From Vicugna vicugna (Eukaryota): DNA of 64,000 bases. A model generated the notes under the pieces. It did not search any database, was not told the origin of the DNA, and saw nothing but the letters and a program-made list of their open reading frames with translations. A program made the translations under genes and the position numbers. Numbering within the stretch: position 1 is the stretch's first letter; each line of letters starts with the position of its first letter. Where the stretch lies: the NCBI GenBank assembly GCA_013265495.1, contig MU058384.1, positions 1,489,690-1,553,689 on the forward strand. Reading direction: 5' to 3'. Of this stretch, positions 40,241 to 52,469 are shown piece by piece.

Positions 40241-40897
40241 TACACTCTTATAAAACCATTTATGTATCAGTACATATAGTTATGTATATACTACCTTTCT
40301 ACACAAATAAAGCTTATGAGGCTACCTTGCAATAATTTAATTGTTTATCCACATTAATAGTTGTTTGAGTAAACTTTATAGTCAATACCCACTGGAAGAA
40401 TAGTAATGTTCTTTAAAAGGAGACGGCTTCTATGTTCAATCTCATCACACCTCATTATCAAAGAAATTTATTTCATTTGATTCTTATACCAAATCTCTGA
40501 CTATATTGTCCACATCAGAGATAAGTAACAATAAACAGAAGTATGGAGAGTTTAAGTAAATCGCCCACGATCTCACAGTCATGAAATGGTGGAACTAGGA
40601 TTCGAGTAGCAATGAAAAATCAGTCAGCTTTTATGAGGCAAGACCTCTGTCTTGTACAAAGAATTTCTTGCTGAAAAAGTATCTCTAGATCAATATTCCA
40701 TAATACCCTGTAATTGAAGGGTTATAGTTGTTGACCTTTAGATAAGTTAAAAGCAACAAGTATTTACTGGGTTTATATTAAGTACTAAGGCTTGTCTGAA
40801 GTCCCCAGAGCTCAAAACTAAGTAAGACAGCATCTTTATCCTCACATAGCTTACAGATCCAGTAGAGAATATATATAAAAATCAAAGTTCAAATCAG

Positions 40898-41407
40898 TGT
40901 ATCAGTTTTAAAACATGACCTCCAAATTTTTTGACACTTCTCCCATTGAGTGGTGGGGTCTGTGCCCGCACACCTTGAATCTGGATGGACTTGCGACTCC
41001 CCGGGAAGCTGGGTTATAAAAGGCCATGAAGCTTCTGCCTAGTTCTCAGAGCCCAACTGCCGTGTTACAAGAAGTCCAAGCCCCCTGTAGGTACTCCTGT
41101 GGACGGCCTCAAACCCAAACTTTGAGTCTTCTGTGCCCTGAAGCCAGCCTGTGAGTGAGAAAACCACAGGGCAAAACAGCCTGCAGCCTGTCTACTCCAA
41201 CCCTCAGCCATCCAGGTCTCCCCTAGACATCTGAGTGCTCCCTGCTGAGATCTCAGAGATTATGAGCAGACCAAGTTATTCCTGCTATGTCTTACACGAA
41301 TTCTTGACCTTCAGAATTCATGCACATAATCAAACCATTGTTTAATGATTCTAAGTTGTTCGTGCCACTAAAGGTAGGTGATTATGCAACAGCAGATAAC
41401 TGGAAGA
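40898..41407 (+). mobile_element. MaLR solo LTR (MLT1G/H-like)
   Basis: TG start, 'ttttttgacacttctcccattgag...ccttgaatctggatggac', end 'ttatgcaacagcagataactggaaga'; flanks atcag/gtcag resemble a 5-bp TSD. Confidence 0.8.
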
Positions 41408-41409
41408 GT

Positions 41410-41596
41410 CAGTTTCCTCAGCACGTGATCCTAATGCACCTGTATCAAAATCACCTACAGTGCTTGTAGGAAAGGCAGATTTCTGGATCCCTCCTCTTTG
41501 CCTTTGGATCAGAAATTTGATTTACTGTTGGGTTCTAGGAATTTGAGCACTAACACTTCGGCCATTCTTCCATTCAATACATTTGAGCATCACTGC
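41410..41596. mobile_element. MER5-like hAT MITE
   Basis: 'aaatcacctacagtgcttg...gcagatttctggatccc...tttgagcatcactg'. Confidence 0.6.
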
Positions 41597-41779
41597 CCTA
41601 AACTAAGTTTGTGATTACCCACAATAAAAGCCACACAGACATGGACTGATCGCCAAAACTGTCAGTGATTCTCAAACATCAGTGTGTAAAAAGAAAAGAT
41701 GTCCAATTCACATGTTAAGTATAAAGAGCTAAATCAGTAGAGGGTCTATAGGCCTGTAAACAACTTCTACCATAATTAG

Positions 41780-42345
41780 TATTACAGGGCGCATAAAAGA
41801 TGCATGCACAAGGAGACAAAGAAGAGGGATAGTTACGCCCTCCTGTGGGATCAGGAAAATCATCAGAGAGCATATGACATTATATGAGTCTTAAAAGATG
41901 TGTTTTTATTTGTTCTTTAAGAGGGTAAGGCCAGGAAGTCTCTAGGTAGAGGAAGCAGATTCAGTAGAAGCAAGTGTGAAATGGTCTGCTGCTCTGTGAG
42001 TGTATGTACCACCAGATAAGAGACCACAAAAGTGACATCGTGGGGGACCTTCTTCACTGGAGAGTTGTACTTCTGCCTGAGAGCAATAAGAAGCTTCTGA
42101 AAGGTTTTATTTGGAGGAAATGCTGATCAAATTTGCATTTCTCAAAAGCTTTGTGGTGACTGTGTGAGAGAAAGAAATTAGGCAAATTCTATTGTAACGG
42201 CTCAGGCAAGAGAAAACTAAGAGACTAGGCATGGAGACAGAGGAAACTGTGAAATGGCACATGTCAAAGAGGACACTCCACAAGACTTGGTCTCTGATGG
42301 AATCGGAAAGGCCAGGTTAGGGTCTGTGATGATATCTAGGTTTGT
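41780..42345 (-). mobile_element. L2 fragment
   Basis: 'gggatcaggaaaatcatcagag...tgagtcttaaaagatg...ttctgaaaggttttatttggaggaaatgctgatcaaatttgcattt'. Confidence 0.6.
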
Positions 42346-42376
42346 CTTTTTTTTTTTTTTTTTTTTTTTTATAATG

Positions 42377-43051
42377 NNNNNNNNNNNNNNNNNNNNNNNN
42401 NNNNNNNNNNNNNNNNNNNNNNNNNNNNNNNNNNNNNNNNNNNNNNNNNNNNNNNNNNNNNNNNNNNNNNNNNNNNNNNNNNNNNNNNNNNNNNNNNNNN
42501 NNNNNNNNNNNNNNNNNNNNNNNNNNNNNNNNNNNNNNNNNNNNNNNNNNNNNNNNNNNNNNNNNNNNNNNNNNNNNNNNNNNNNNNNNNNNNNNNNNNN
42601 NNNNNNNNNNNNNNNNNNNNNNNNNNNNNNNNNNNNNNNNNNNNNNNNNNNNNNNNNNNNNNNNNNNNNNNNNNNNNNNNNNNNNNNNNNNNNNNNNNNN
42701 NNNNNNNNNNNNNNNNNNNNNNNNNNNNNNNNNNNNNNNNNNNNNNNNNNNNNNNNNNNNNNNNNNNNNNNNNNNNNNNNNNNNNNNNNNNNNNNNNNNN
42801 NNNNNNNNNNNNNNNNNNNNNNNNNNNNNNNNNNNNNNNNNNNNNNNNNNNNNNNNNNNNNNNNNNNNNNNNNNNNNNNNNNNNNNNNNNNNNNNNNNNN
42901 NNNNNNNNNNNNNNNNNNNNNNNNNNNNNNNNNNNNNNNNNNNNNNNNNNNNNNNNNNNNNNNNNNNNNNNNNNNNNNNNNNNNNNNNNNNNNNNNNNNN
43001 NNNNNNNNNNNNNNNNNNNNNNNNNNNNNNNNNNNNNNNNNNNNNNNNNNN
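42377..43051. other. Assembly gap (675 N) flanked by poly(T) runs
   Basis: Directly visible; T24 at 42347-42370 and T19 at 43052-43070. Confidence 0.99.
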
Positions 43052-43679
43052 NTTTTTTTTTTTTTTTTTTAAGAGAGGATAGATCACTCCCCTTCTTCTG
43101 GGGACCATAAACTCATAACTAAAGGAAGTAGGTTAACTCAGGCCTCTTCTGAAAATATGAAGATGTGAGAAATTTTTATGAAGACCAAGTGAAGCTGTTA
43201 TTTCACAATGTACCCATAGATACATTTTTTTTTTGGAGTATTTTCAACATAACTGAAAATGGGGTGTGGTTTTTGGGAAATTCTTTACCACAAACCCTAA
43301 TAGAGCTCATTTACTCTGCAGAAAGAATTTGAAATTAGAAAAAGAGGAGTAAGTATTCTAACTTTGGATGGTTCCTTTTAACCATTCATCTAGCTGCTGC
43401 GTTCTTGTTGTGCAATGTGTGATGCTGCCGGAGCTGTTATTGAAATCGCATAACAACAAAGAACAGATGATGAAATACATATCGTCCTTGATTGGGCTGT
43501 CCACTCAGATAGCTAAAGACAGGATATGTGTGATAATAAAATCTTAAATCTGTGAAAGTAATTGGCTCTGACATCTCCAACTAGGCAGCAGGCTGCCCAG
43601 ACAGTGCTGTTCAGTCACAAATTCTAAGCCTAATGAAGTGAGAAGAACACAGTGTAGATACAAATTAAAATCTACTTAC

Positions 43680-43736
43680 CAAGAACAGTCAGTATTTTTC
43701 TGTATATTTCCTTGTTTTATGTGAAGGAGACAATAT
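43680..43736 (-). other. Candidate 57-nt internal exon of a minus-strand transcript
   Basis: Minus strand ...attattcctaacag|ATATTG...GTTCTTG|gtaagt; donor is consensus but the polypyrimidine tract is weak. Confidence 0.25.
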
Positions 43737-44589
43737 CTGTTAGGAATAATCACCCTTTTATGTTTTAAGTCAACACAAGAAATGGCTATCCAGTAGTTAC
43801 TGAAATCTGTTACTGAAACCTTTGGTAACTATAGAACTATTTTTAAATTCTTTCAGTGATTATTGTTAAGCAGGTGAAATACAGCTGTGAGAGAAAAAAA
43901 CTGCTTAAAATAGTGGCTAACAATTTATCTTATTGCCTTAATTTTTTTGACATTTTTTCTCCAGCACATTCAAATTTTTTGAAGATGCAATTTTCCTATC
44001 AACTACATTCCAACTAACATTCTGCATCTGAGAAAAACTGAAACTTTAGAATGGGGACTTTGCATAAGTGAGTGCAATGAAGTTTGATGTAAATAACTGA
44101 AGATTGTGAACAGTCCCATAAATTCATGTTTTATTGATCATGTGTTCAGTTTCTAATGTGAATTGTTTGTGAGTAACTTTGTAAGTTTAGAAAAAATCAG
44201 AAAACCTCCTACAATATTATGACTCAACCCAAAATCTTGCTCACATTCTTTTCTATAACTTTTGAGTAAAATAGAAGTCCAAATGCATCACCTGTGACAT
44301 AGAACCGTCCAGAAAGAAACAAGGCATTATTAAACATATTACAGCAATAAGTCATCTATCATTCAAAGACCAATTATACTTTGGCAGCTTTAACTTAGAC
44401 TTCTGTGGCTCAAATAAGTCTGTCTGGCTTTGAAAAATCAGATGAAAATTCATACAAGCAATTCTACATTTTTTAGTGTAAGTAAGGGAGTTCTTTCATA
44501 ACTGTTTTCCAAAATGTGAAGGCAACGCTATATGTGCAGTACATTTTTCAAATATAAATGTGGTTCTTGTATTGGAAGTGAGAAAGATA

Positions 44590-45035
44590 GCAAGATATGA
44601 GAAGGCAAAAATGGAATTGGGGCCAGAAGGCTTGAGTCTGAATCAGTGCTTTACTACTCTGAGAAAGTCAGTTATACTCTCTGATATCAATTGTCTCACC
44701 CTTAAAAACAAAAAAATTTTGTTGACCCTTGAACAACTTGAGGCTTAGCAGCCTCCACCTTTTATGGAGTGAAAATCCTCATATAACTTACAGTCCGCCC
44801 CACCTCACATCCCTGTCTTCTCTGTACCCACAGTTTCTCCTTATCCCAGGTTCCCATGCCCGGATTCAAGCAAGCAGGGATTGTGCAGTACTGCAGTATT
44901 TACTATTGAAAAAATCCACCGGTAAGAGCAATCAGGCAGTTCAAACTTGTGTTGTTCAAGGGGTAACTGCAATGTCTACCTAAATACTACATATGAAACA
45001 TAAATGAAATAATGACATGAATGCATCTGGCACTA
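44590..45035 (+). mobile_element. MIR SINE split by MER8
   Basis: MIR head 'ggaattggggccagaaggcttgagtctgaatc' before, and 'taaatgaaataatg...ctggcac' after, the MER8. Confidence 0.55.
44719..44969 (+). mobile_element. MER8-like Tigger (Tc1/mariner) MITE
   Basis: Terminal inverted repeats gttgacccttgaacaac ... gttgttcaaggggtaactg; internal 'gtactgcagtatttactattgaaaaaatcc'. Confidence 0.85.
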
Positions 45036-45050
45036 AGAAATACTAGTATC

Positions 45051-45313
45051 AATTTAATAGCCTGGATGGGATCCTGGAACAGAAAGCAGAAATCAGGTAA
45101 AACTTTGAGGAAATCTCAATGAAGTATTGACTTTGGTTAATAATAATGTACCAGTATTGCTTCATCAATTATGACAAATTTATACACGAATGTAAGATAT
45201 TAATAAATGGGGAGAATTGAGTACAGAATTTATTTTTCTATAAACCTACATCTATTCTAAAATTAGAATTTTATTTAAAAAGAAAAAGACAAACAAAAAA
45301 ACCCCCCAAAAAC
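45051..45313 (+). mobile_element. L1MD/MC-like 3' end with A-rich tail
   Basis: 'cctggatgggatcctggaacagaaa...attgcttcatcaattatgacaaat...tctattctaaaa'; candidate TSD ctagtatc at 45043-45050 and 45314-45321. Confidence 0.8.
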
Positions 45314-46111
45314 CTAGTATCCAGCCCCTTTCACTTCCTTCTCAATGTTAACCCCCTAAAGGTTCGATTTTCTCCACTGGTAGTACTATATATGTACACT
45401 TAGTTCAAACCTACAGAATAAAATATGTCACATTTTGCCTTCCCCTTCAAAACTTCAGATCTCAGCCGTTTCTCCTAATATAGTAAGGAATTCAGGGGAC
45501 TTGAAAAACTAATCAGTCATAACCATCTACTTAATTAAAGAGGCTTCTTTTGTCCCTTCAAACAGCCTAAAATTGGACCTAGAATCTCATACAGCCTTTC
45601 CTATCGAGTTAGAGTGATGACAAAAAGAAACACCTGGTTTATGGCAACCACAGAGCTGCTATAGACCATGTACCCTGGACATTACCCTCTCCTCAACCCC
45701 CTTTTTTGCTTCCTCTTCACACTGTGAATATTGCTGCCAAAATGTGGACTATGCAGATGCATGGCTCAATTTCAGGCAGGATTTTATTGATAACTATGAA
45801 GGCACAAAGACAGAGGTAGCCTAGGAGTACACATTGTCCCTCGGGCAAAATTTCAAGATACAAAAAGCACTCATCTTAACTAGGAAGGAACAAAGAACAC
45901 TGGTTAAAGAACTCCATGCCTGCATGCACTTGAGTACCTTTCTTTTTAGTGACCACTGTCAAAAGTTCTTGTGATACATTGGATCCAGTTTTTAAGATGA
46001 CCTACCAGATGCAGAGACTAAAAAAATACTTCTAGTATTATTTTACATTATATGATATTCTCATCAAAAATAAAGAGAAGAGACGTCTTCAAATAATAAG
46101 TAGTCAGTGAT

Positions 46112-46200
46112 GGGGGAAGGTACAGCTCAGTGGTAGAGCGCATGATTCGCATGCACAAGGTCCTAGGTTCAATCCCCAGTACCTCCGCTAAAAAAAAAAG
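46112..46200 (+). mobile_element. tRNA-Ala(CGC)-like SINE (vic-1 type, short form) or tRNA retrocopy
   Basis: 'ggtacagctcagtggtagagcgcatgattcgcatgcacaaggtcctaggttcaatccccagtacctcc' followed by poly(A); TSD-like aagtagtcagtg (46098-46109) / aagttatcagtg (46201-46212). Confidence 0.88.
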
Positions 46201-46347
46201 AAGTTATCAGTGTAGCTGGACTGAGAGCAGGATGATTCCCAAGAAGTAGGAGTTAACAAGTATTTACTGACTAGCTGCTATGTCATTGGCACTCTTCTTG
46301 GCATGAGATATGTAAAACAAGATGAGCTTTGATTTCTACTTTCAACA

Positions 46348-46662
46348 ATACTGTATATTATTTACATATGGAATCTAAAAAATACAACAAACTAGTGAAT
46401 ATAACAAAAAAGAAGCAGACTCACAGAAAACAAACTAGTAGTTACCAGCGTGGAGAGAGAATGCGGGAGGGGGAATACAGGAGTAGGGGACTGAGAGATA
46501 TGTATAAAATAAGCATCAAAGATACACTGTACAATGGGGAATATAGCCAATATTTTATAATAACTATAAATGAAGTATAACCTTTAAAAATCGTGAATCA
46601 CTATATTATACACCTGTAACTTATCTAAATGGTACATCAACTATACTTCAGTTAAAAACAAA
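46348..46662 (+). mobile_element. Cetartiodactyl-type L1 3' end, inserted in an antisense L2 remnant
   Basis: 'tatggaatctaaaaaatacaacaaactagtgaatataacaaaaaagaagcagactcacaga...tacatcaactatacttcagttaaaaa'. Confidence 0.85.
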
Positions 46663-46719
46663 CTTGCAATCCCATTGGACAGACAGAACAAACAGGATGA
46701 GCAATATCACAAAATAGTC

Positions 46720-46950
46720 ATTGAGTTTCTCCTATGTCTTAGTGCACTAAGGGCATGGCATACATTATCTCTTTTAACATAACATGCAACTGTCTGGAAA
46801 GGTAAGTATTATTCTAGCATTTTAAACATTAGAAAACTGAGATTCAGAGAGATGAAGATAATAACTTCAGGTCCACACACCTAGTGAGTGACAGGCCTGG
46901 ATTCAAACTCCGGACTATGATGCCAAAGTTTGTCATACCCCTAACCATTA
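46720..46950 (-). mobile_element. MIR SINE
   Basis: 'agaaaactgagattcagagagatgaag...gtccacacacctagtgagtgacaggcctggattcaaactc'. Confidence 0.85.
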
Positions 46951-49519
46951 CACTAGAGCAACCCATTTTTAAAGTTCAAATTCAAGCACTTCTTTGCAAA
47001 CAAATTGCAATAGCTTTCCGAAAACCGAAACAAGAAAATAGCATACATCTGTGGCATATCTCAGCAGTGACGAGAGAATATACCCAAAGAGGAAAGTGTC
47101 AGCTAACCAGAGCCTTGTCAGCCAACACTCTGAACTGCCCTTGAAAGTGACTTGGTTGTGAATGTCAGTTCTCCTGCAGCATGTGCAGCAAAACAGCCTT
47201 CTAGCAATGGATCCAGCAAACTTGAAACCGCCACGGCACTCAAGCCCCTCAGCTGTTCTGCACATTCCTGACGCGTTACCACGATAAAAGCGTGCGCTGA
47301 TGCACCGATAACAGCAGAGCCAGCACGGGCGAAACATGACTTTTAGAACAACATTCCAAGGTCAAATGTTACCCAACTGTGCAGGACCCTGTTCAACTCT
47401 TGGATTATAAAAATTCAGATCCAGTTTCTCAAGGTCTCTGGGATAAAGTTCAAATTAGGTTGTTTAAGAGAGGGCTCTTATCAGTTTTATGAGCAGCTTA
47501 CTCGAGAAGTTAGCCAGCTCACTTGATAACACTGGGCAAGAGGAATTTTCCAGCAATAAACCCAGGGTCCAAACAAGTAACAAGTTAAGAGCTATACTCT
47601 GTTCTAATGCAGATTTAACATTCATCCCAGCAGCTCTTCTCCAAGGAGGTTAGACTACACAAAACCCACTGGGGAGTCCCCTGCAGTGGCACCAAACCTT
47701 ACTCTCCCTGACTCTTAATATAAAGACAGCACTGTTAGGTCCTCCCTAAAGGAACTCTGCCCAGAGTAAGGGGTGTGGTCGAATAGTATTTATGAAGAAT
47801 TTATACATACTCTTTAATAACTGAACTTCTACTGGACTAGAGCCAATCTGAATATGACCAGTGAGCTGTTACTCATCTGGCATCTCCTTGCCAGGAATCT
47901 TTACTCTTACAGTGAGGCAGGTTAATATAGTAAGATATTAATTTGAGCTTTGTTTATCCCGGCTTTTTGTTTACTTCCCCCTTGTTCCATAAAGGGAGCC
48001 AGGCCCTCTGTGCTACTGGCCTCAGGGGAGATTTTTGTTTTAGTAGTTGCCTGAAAGCATCTCTGCTCCCTGCCTGACTTTTGCACTCAGAAAGCTTTAA
48101 TTCCTCAAAGAAAATAAGCTAAGGGTCACGGAGAGGGAAGGAGAGAGGTGAGTTCTTTTGAGGGGAAAGGTGTGGAAGCAGCAGTGGGAAGCTGGGCATT
48201 GCTCTGGGAAGGGGATGGAGTGCAGAATCCCAGTGGTAGTGAGGGTACATGCCTCACTTTCTGGCAGTACTTTGAAATGTAGCAAAATTTCCATAGAAAT
48301 AAATGGCTGCCTGGTGAATCCAGAAGACTGGATCCTAGGAAGGGAAGCTCCCAGCTCAGGCAAACATCATCATAGTCAATTTGGCATTAGGACAGCAGAG
48401 CCATTCCCACTCAAGAGCCAGCAGAGCATGGACAACAAGGCGCTCAGGAAGAGCCATGAGGCTCTCTCCCAGATTTTTAGGCGTCACTTTAACTTTCTGA
48501 TGACCTTAAAGTCTCAAAATGACTGAGATAGAATCTCTTGCCAAATTGGAGAGAGATTTAATTTGATTTAGAGGCATTTGACTATTCTTCCCCAAGTGAG
48601 TTTCTTCCAACTGTCACAACACACTTCTGGTTCTACTCTATGCCCCTTCCCTCCCCAATCCCGTTTTCACCCCTCCATCTCCCCTCTACACACAGTTATG
48701 CATAGATACACCTATACCATTTTCTTGCTTGTACATAAAATATTTTCAATTTCCAATAAAAGGGAATAGAAATCTGTAACTTCTCAATATGAAAACCATA
48801 AAGATTTATCTTCACTTAAATATGCAACTAGAAATGGCAAATAATTTGCCAAGTCATTACCTTTTGAAGAATATCCTGGAAAATTTGAGCTGAAATTAAG
48901 TGAAACTTTTGCCAAAAGGAACATTTGAATTTTGCTTTATTGAGCTATTAAGCTAATATATTCTCTCCTTTAAAGTTTTTGCTGTGGTATGTTTGATTCA
49001 AAGCAATCTTCCAATTGTTTTACCATTAGCTTGAAGCAAAGGAAAATGAAAAGCATGACAAGGCATAAAATTGGCCTTAGCAATATCTAAGCTTGGTTCA
49101 TCCGTGACCATTATCCTCAATGCTCTTACAGTCTGAGCAAAACAGCCATAAAATTGGGTTATTGTTTTTAATTTTACAACCCATGATTTATTTTGCTTAA
49201 CTTCAGTGACAGCCTGCGATCCCAGTAAGTGGCTTCAGTTAGGAAATGCAAGCAGGAAATCAAGGCCCAGAAGTCATTAGTTGTAGCATGTAGTCATCTC
49301 ATTTGTCTTCCTGTGTAACTACCAGAGTGTGATCCGTGTGATTCCTGTTACATAAACTAACACTGGAAATTTTGAAATAAGAATAGCTTATAGAATGAAA
49401 CAGATTTTCTATGGTCAGCATCAACTTCCCTGGCACTCTGACTCTAGACCCTCGACAGCTCGAACCTATGTTCCATACTTTAAATTCAAAACCTCCCCAA
49501 GCAAAATTTTCAGATGAGG

Positions 49520-49740
49520 AGATAACACAGCTCACTGGTTAGGAGAATAAGTTTTATAGTCAGGACAACCTGACCTTTAATAGCTGTGTCTCTTGGGTTA
49601 CTCTGTTTAACTCTTTAATCCTCATCCAGAAAAATGGGAATAATAATAATAATATCTGTGTTACAGCATTCTTTGAGGAATAAATTATATTATACTTCCA
49701 AAGTATTTACCAAGATACCCTCAGTAAATATGTGTCATTT
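49520..49740 (+). mobile_element. MIR SINE
   Basis: 'tagctgtgtctcttgggttactctgtttaactct...aaaatgggaataataataat...ttgaggaataaat'. Confidence 0.7.
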
Positions 49741-50364
49741 TTACTGTTCATCTTTTTATGGTGATGATGATGAATGAACAAATCCCTAATCCCTTGGTAA
49801 ATACCGAAGAAATCAGTTTCTTGGCATGATTAAAGACTGATCCAAAATTTTCTGGCATATTATCTTAAATTTGTATTAAGAAAATGAAGAAGAAATGTAC
49901 AGATATCATTTATTCATTTTTATACCCCATATTAGTTATCTAGCAGTGTATAAGAAACAACCCCAATACTTAGTGGCTTAAAACAACAATATTCATTTAA
50001 CCATCTTTCTTGGTTTCTCTGGGTCAGGAGTTAAAGTGTGGCTCAGCGAGGTAGATACAGATCAAAGTTCTCAAGAGGTTTTAGTCAGAGGTCACCTAGG
50101 GCTGTAGGAACCCAAAGGAAATGGAAGACCCAGTTTCAATGTAGCTCACTCACTTGGTTTCAAGGTAGCTTGCTCACTTGGTTGGCAAGTTGGTGTTGCT
50201 AAGCCAAGTCCTCTCCACGTGGGCCTCACCACAGGGTTGTCTGATTGCCCTCACATAATGTCACAGCTGTAACGCCTCTTATGATCTAACCTCAGAAGAT
50301 ACACACCATAATTCTGCCATAATTTATTGCCCATACAGACCACCGCTGATCCCATTTGGGAGAA

Positions 50365-50688
50365 TGATATGGGCCAAATGTTTGTGTTCCCCCAAAATTC
50401 ATATATTGAAACTTAGCCCCTAATGTGCTTGTATTTGGAGGATGACTAGGTATTGAGGTAGAGCCCTGATGAATGGAATTAGTGTCCTTACAAAAATGGC
50501 CCCAGAGAGCTCCAGTTCCCCTTCCACCATGTGAAGACAAGGTGAAAAGACATCTATCTATGAACCAGGAACTAGGCCTTTACCAGATATTGAATCTGCC
50601 GTAGTTCTGGACATAGTTCGCCAGAACTATGAGAAATCAGTCTCTGCTGTTTATAAACCCCCACTCTGTGGTATTCTGGTAAAGAAGA
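50365..50688 (+). mobile_element. MLT1A-like LTR nested in the MLT1F-like LTR
   Basis: 'aatgtttgtgttcccccaaaattcatatattgaaac...tgaatggaattagtgtccttac...ccagaactatgagaaat'. Confidence 0.85.
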
Positions 50689-50789
50689 AAGAGGGGACTA
50701 TGGAAGGGTGTGAATACCAGGGGATGAAGACCATTTGGTGCCCCCTTGGAGGCAAGCTCCCACAGCCCACTCTCTGACTCTCAGAGATT

Positions 50790-50823
50790 CACACGTGTGC
50801 ACGCGTGCGCGCGCACACACACA
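50790..50823. repeat. 34-nt perfect alternating purine-pyrimidine tract
   Basis: cacacgtgtgcacgcgtgcgcgcgcacacacaca. Confidence 0.9.
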
Positions 50824-52113
50824 AACTACACTCACCTCACTCCCAAGGTCACTAAAATGTTCATCCCATCATAGAATCATCTCAGGCTCATGGCCCAGGA
50901 TCTCATTACGTAAATGAGATCAGGTACAGCTGAGGATCCTCAGGCATAGTTTTTCAAATAAAGCTCTTCAAGTGGAGTTCCTCTTGATCTCAAGACCTGT
51001 GGACTAAAGAGATCCATTATCTGCCCCAAACACACTCCATGTAAAATGGTGGGACAAGTATAGGATTTCCACTCTAGACACTCATTTAAGAGGGTTAGAA
51101 CAGGTGCCCTCAGGAGTCAATGATCCACAGCAGTTCTGATGCAGAGCTGAGCCCTTGTGCCAACTCCCTGAATAAGGGTCATTCCTACTTCTGCTTAGGA
51201 AGGTTTTTCTGTGGTTGTTTCCACTCTCTGGGTTCTCAGATTTCTGGTTTTTATTTTTTTAATATCATCACCCTACTCTAAGATACCAAATTCTGTGTTG
51301 GTTATTTATTGCTGCATAATAAATCACCCCAAAACTTAGTGGCTTAAAACAACCATAGTCATTTATTATCACTCATGGTTTTCTTAGAGCATGAATTACA
51401 GAGCAGTTTGATTGGGCATTTCTAACTCAGAGATACTCGTAAGGTTGAACTCTGATGTTGGTTGGGGTTACAGACACCTGCAAGCTTGACCAGGACTAGA
51501 AGATCTATTTCTAAGGTGGTTCAATCACATGGCTGTCAAGTTCTACATGGAGCATGTTATCGCAATACGGTGGCTGGCCTTCCACAGACTGAGTGATCCC
51601 AGAGAGTAAGGTGGAAGCTTCAGTGTATTGTATGAGTCTGTCTTGATAATCACAAATGATCATTCCCACCATACTTAATTTGTCATGCAGATCAGCCCTC
51701 ATCCACTTGAAAGGGACTGTAGAAAGGTATGAATACTAATGATGGCTAAAAGATGGCTACAACACATCTCTTCCCAAAAGAGAAAATTTAGTAAGCCTTT
51801 TCCCTAAATTGAATTATAACCATACCTTTATATCTTATAAACAGGCCTATTAAAAAGTCAACTGTCTATATACAACCCCTAGGAACATTGTATCTGGAAA
51901 GGAACTTTTTGCCTATAACAATATTGAAGCAATTTGAAGAAAGAAAGGCTGCAAGGTCATATGTCACAGGGTAGGATGGCCACTCAGCCAGGAGCCATGA
52001 GGCTGGTATCAACTCAGGAGCTCATCAGAGTCTGGGACCTGACCATTAGTCCTTAAGGTATAGAAATTAACTTTGCCAGCCCAGTAAGAAATACTTAAGA
52101 ACAATTTCAAGGG

Positions 52114-52469
52114 TTTATACAGATTGAATATTTATGTGCCCTTAAATTCCTATGTTGAAACCTAATCCCCACTGTGCTGGTATTTGGAGTGGAGGGGCCT
52201 TTGGGAAATGACTGGGTCATGAAGGTGTAACCCTTATAAGTGGGATTAGTGCCCTATAAAAGAGACCTCAGAAAGCTCACTTGCCTCTTCCCCCATGTGA
52301 AGACATAGACATTGGTCCATGAACCAGGAAGCGAGCCCTCACCAGACAGCAAATCTATCAGCATCTTGATCTTGGACTTCCCAGCCTCAAGAACTGTGAG
52401 AAATAAATTTCTGTTGTTATAAGCTACCCAGTCTATGGTATTTTGTTATAACCCAAACAGACTATGACA
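52114..52469 (+). mobile_element. MLT1A0-like solo LTR
   Basis: 'tatgttgaaacctaatcccc...gggattagtgccctataaaagagacc...cttgatcttggacttcccagcctcaagaactgtgagaaataaatttctg...actatgaca'; flanks aaggg/aaggt. Confidence 0.9.

Larger units (their letters stand above)
49928..51764 (-). mobile_element. Two-LTR MaLR element (MLT1F-like): LTR 49928-50764, short internal region 50765-51293, LTR 51294-51764
   Basis: Both LTRs share 'cccca(a)acttagtggcttaaaacaac' and 'aagggtgtgaatacc/aaaggtatgaatact'; PBS-like gaatttggtatc on the minus strand at the LTR-internal junction (~51293). Confidence 0.8.

Noticed and set aside
42254..43108. 272-aa and 263-aa ORFs
   Set aside because: Artefacts of translating the N gap and poly(T) runs.
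46112..46190. Functional tRNA-Ala gene
   Set aside because: Stem mismatches, a poly(A) tail and TSD instead of an oligo(T) terminator indicate a retroposed copy.
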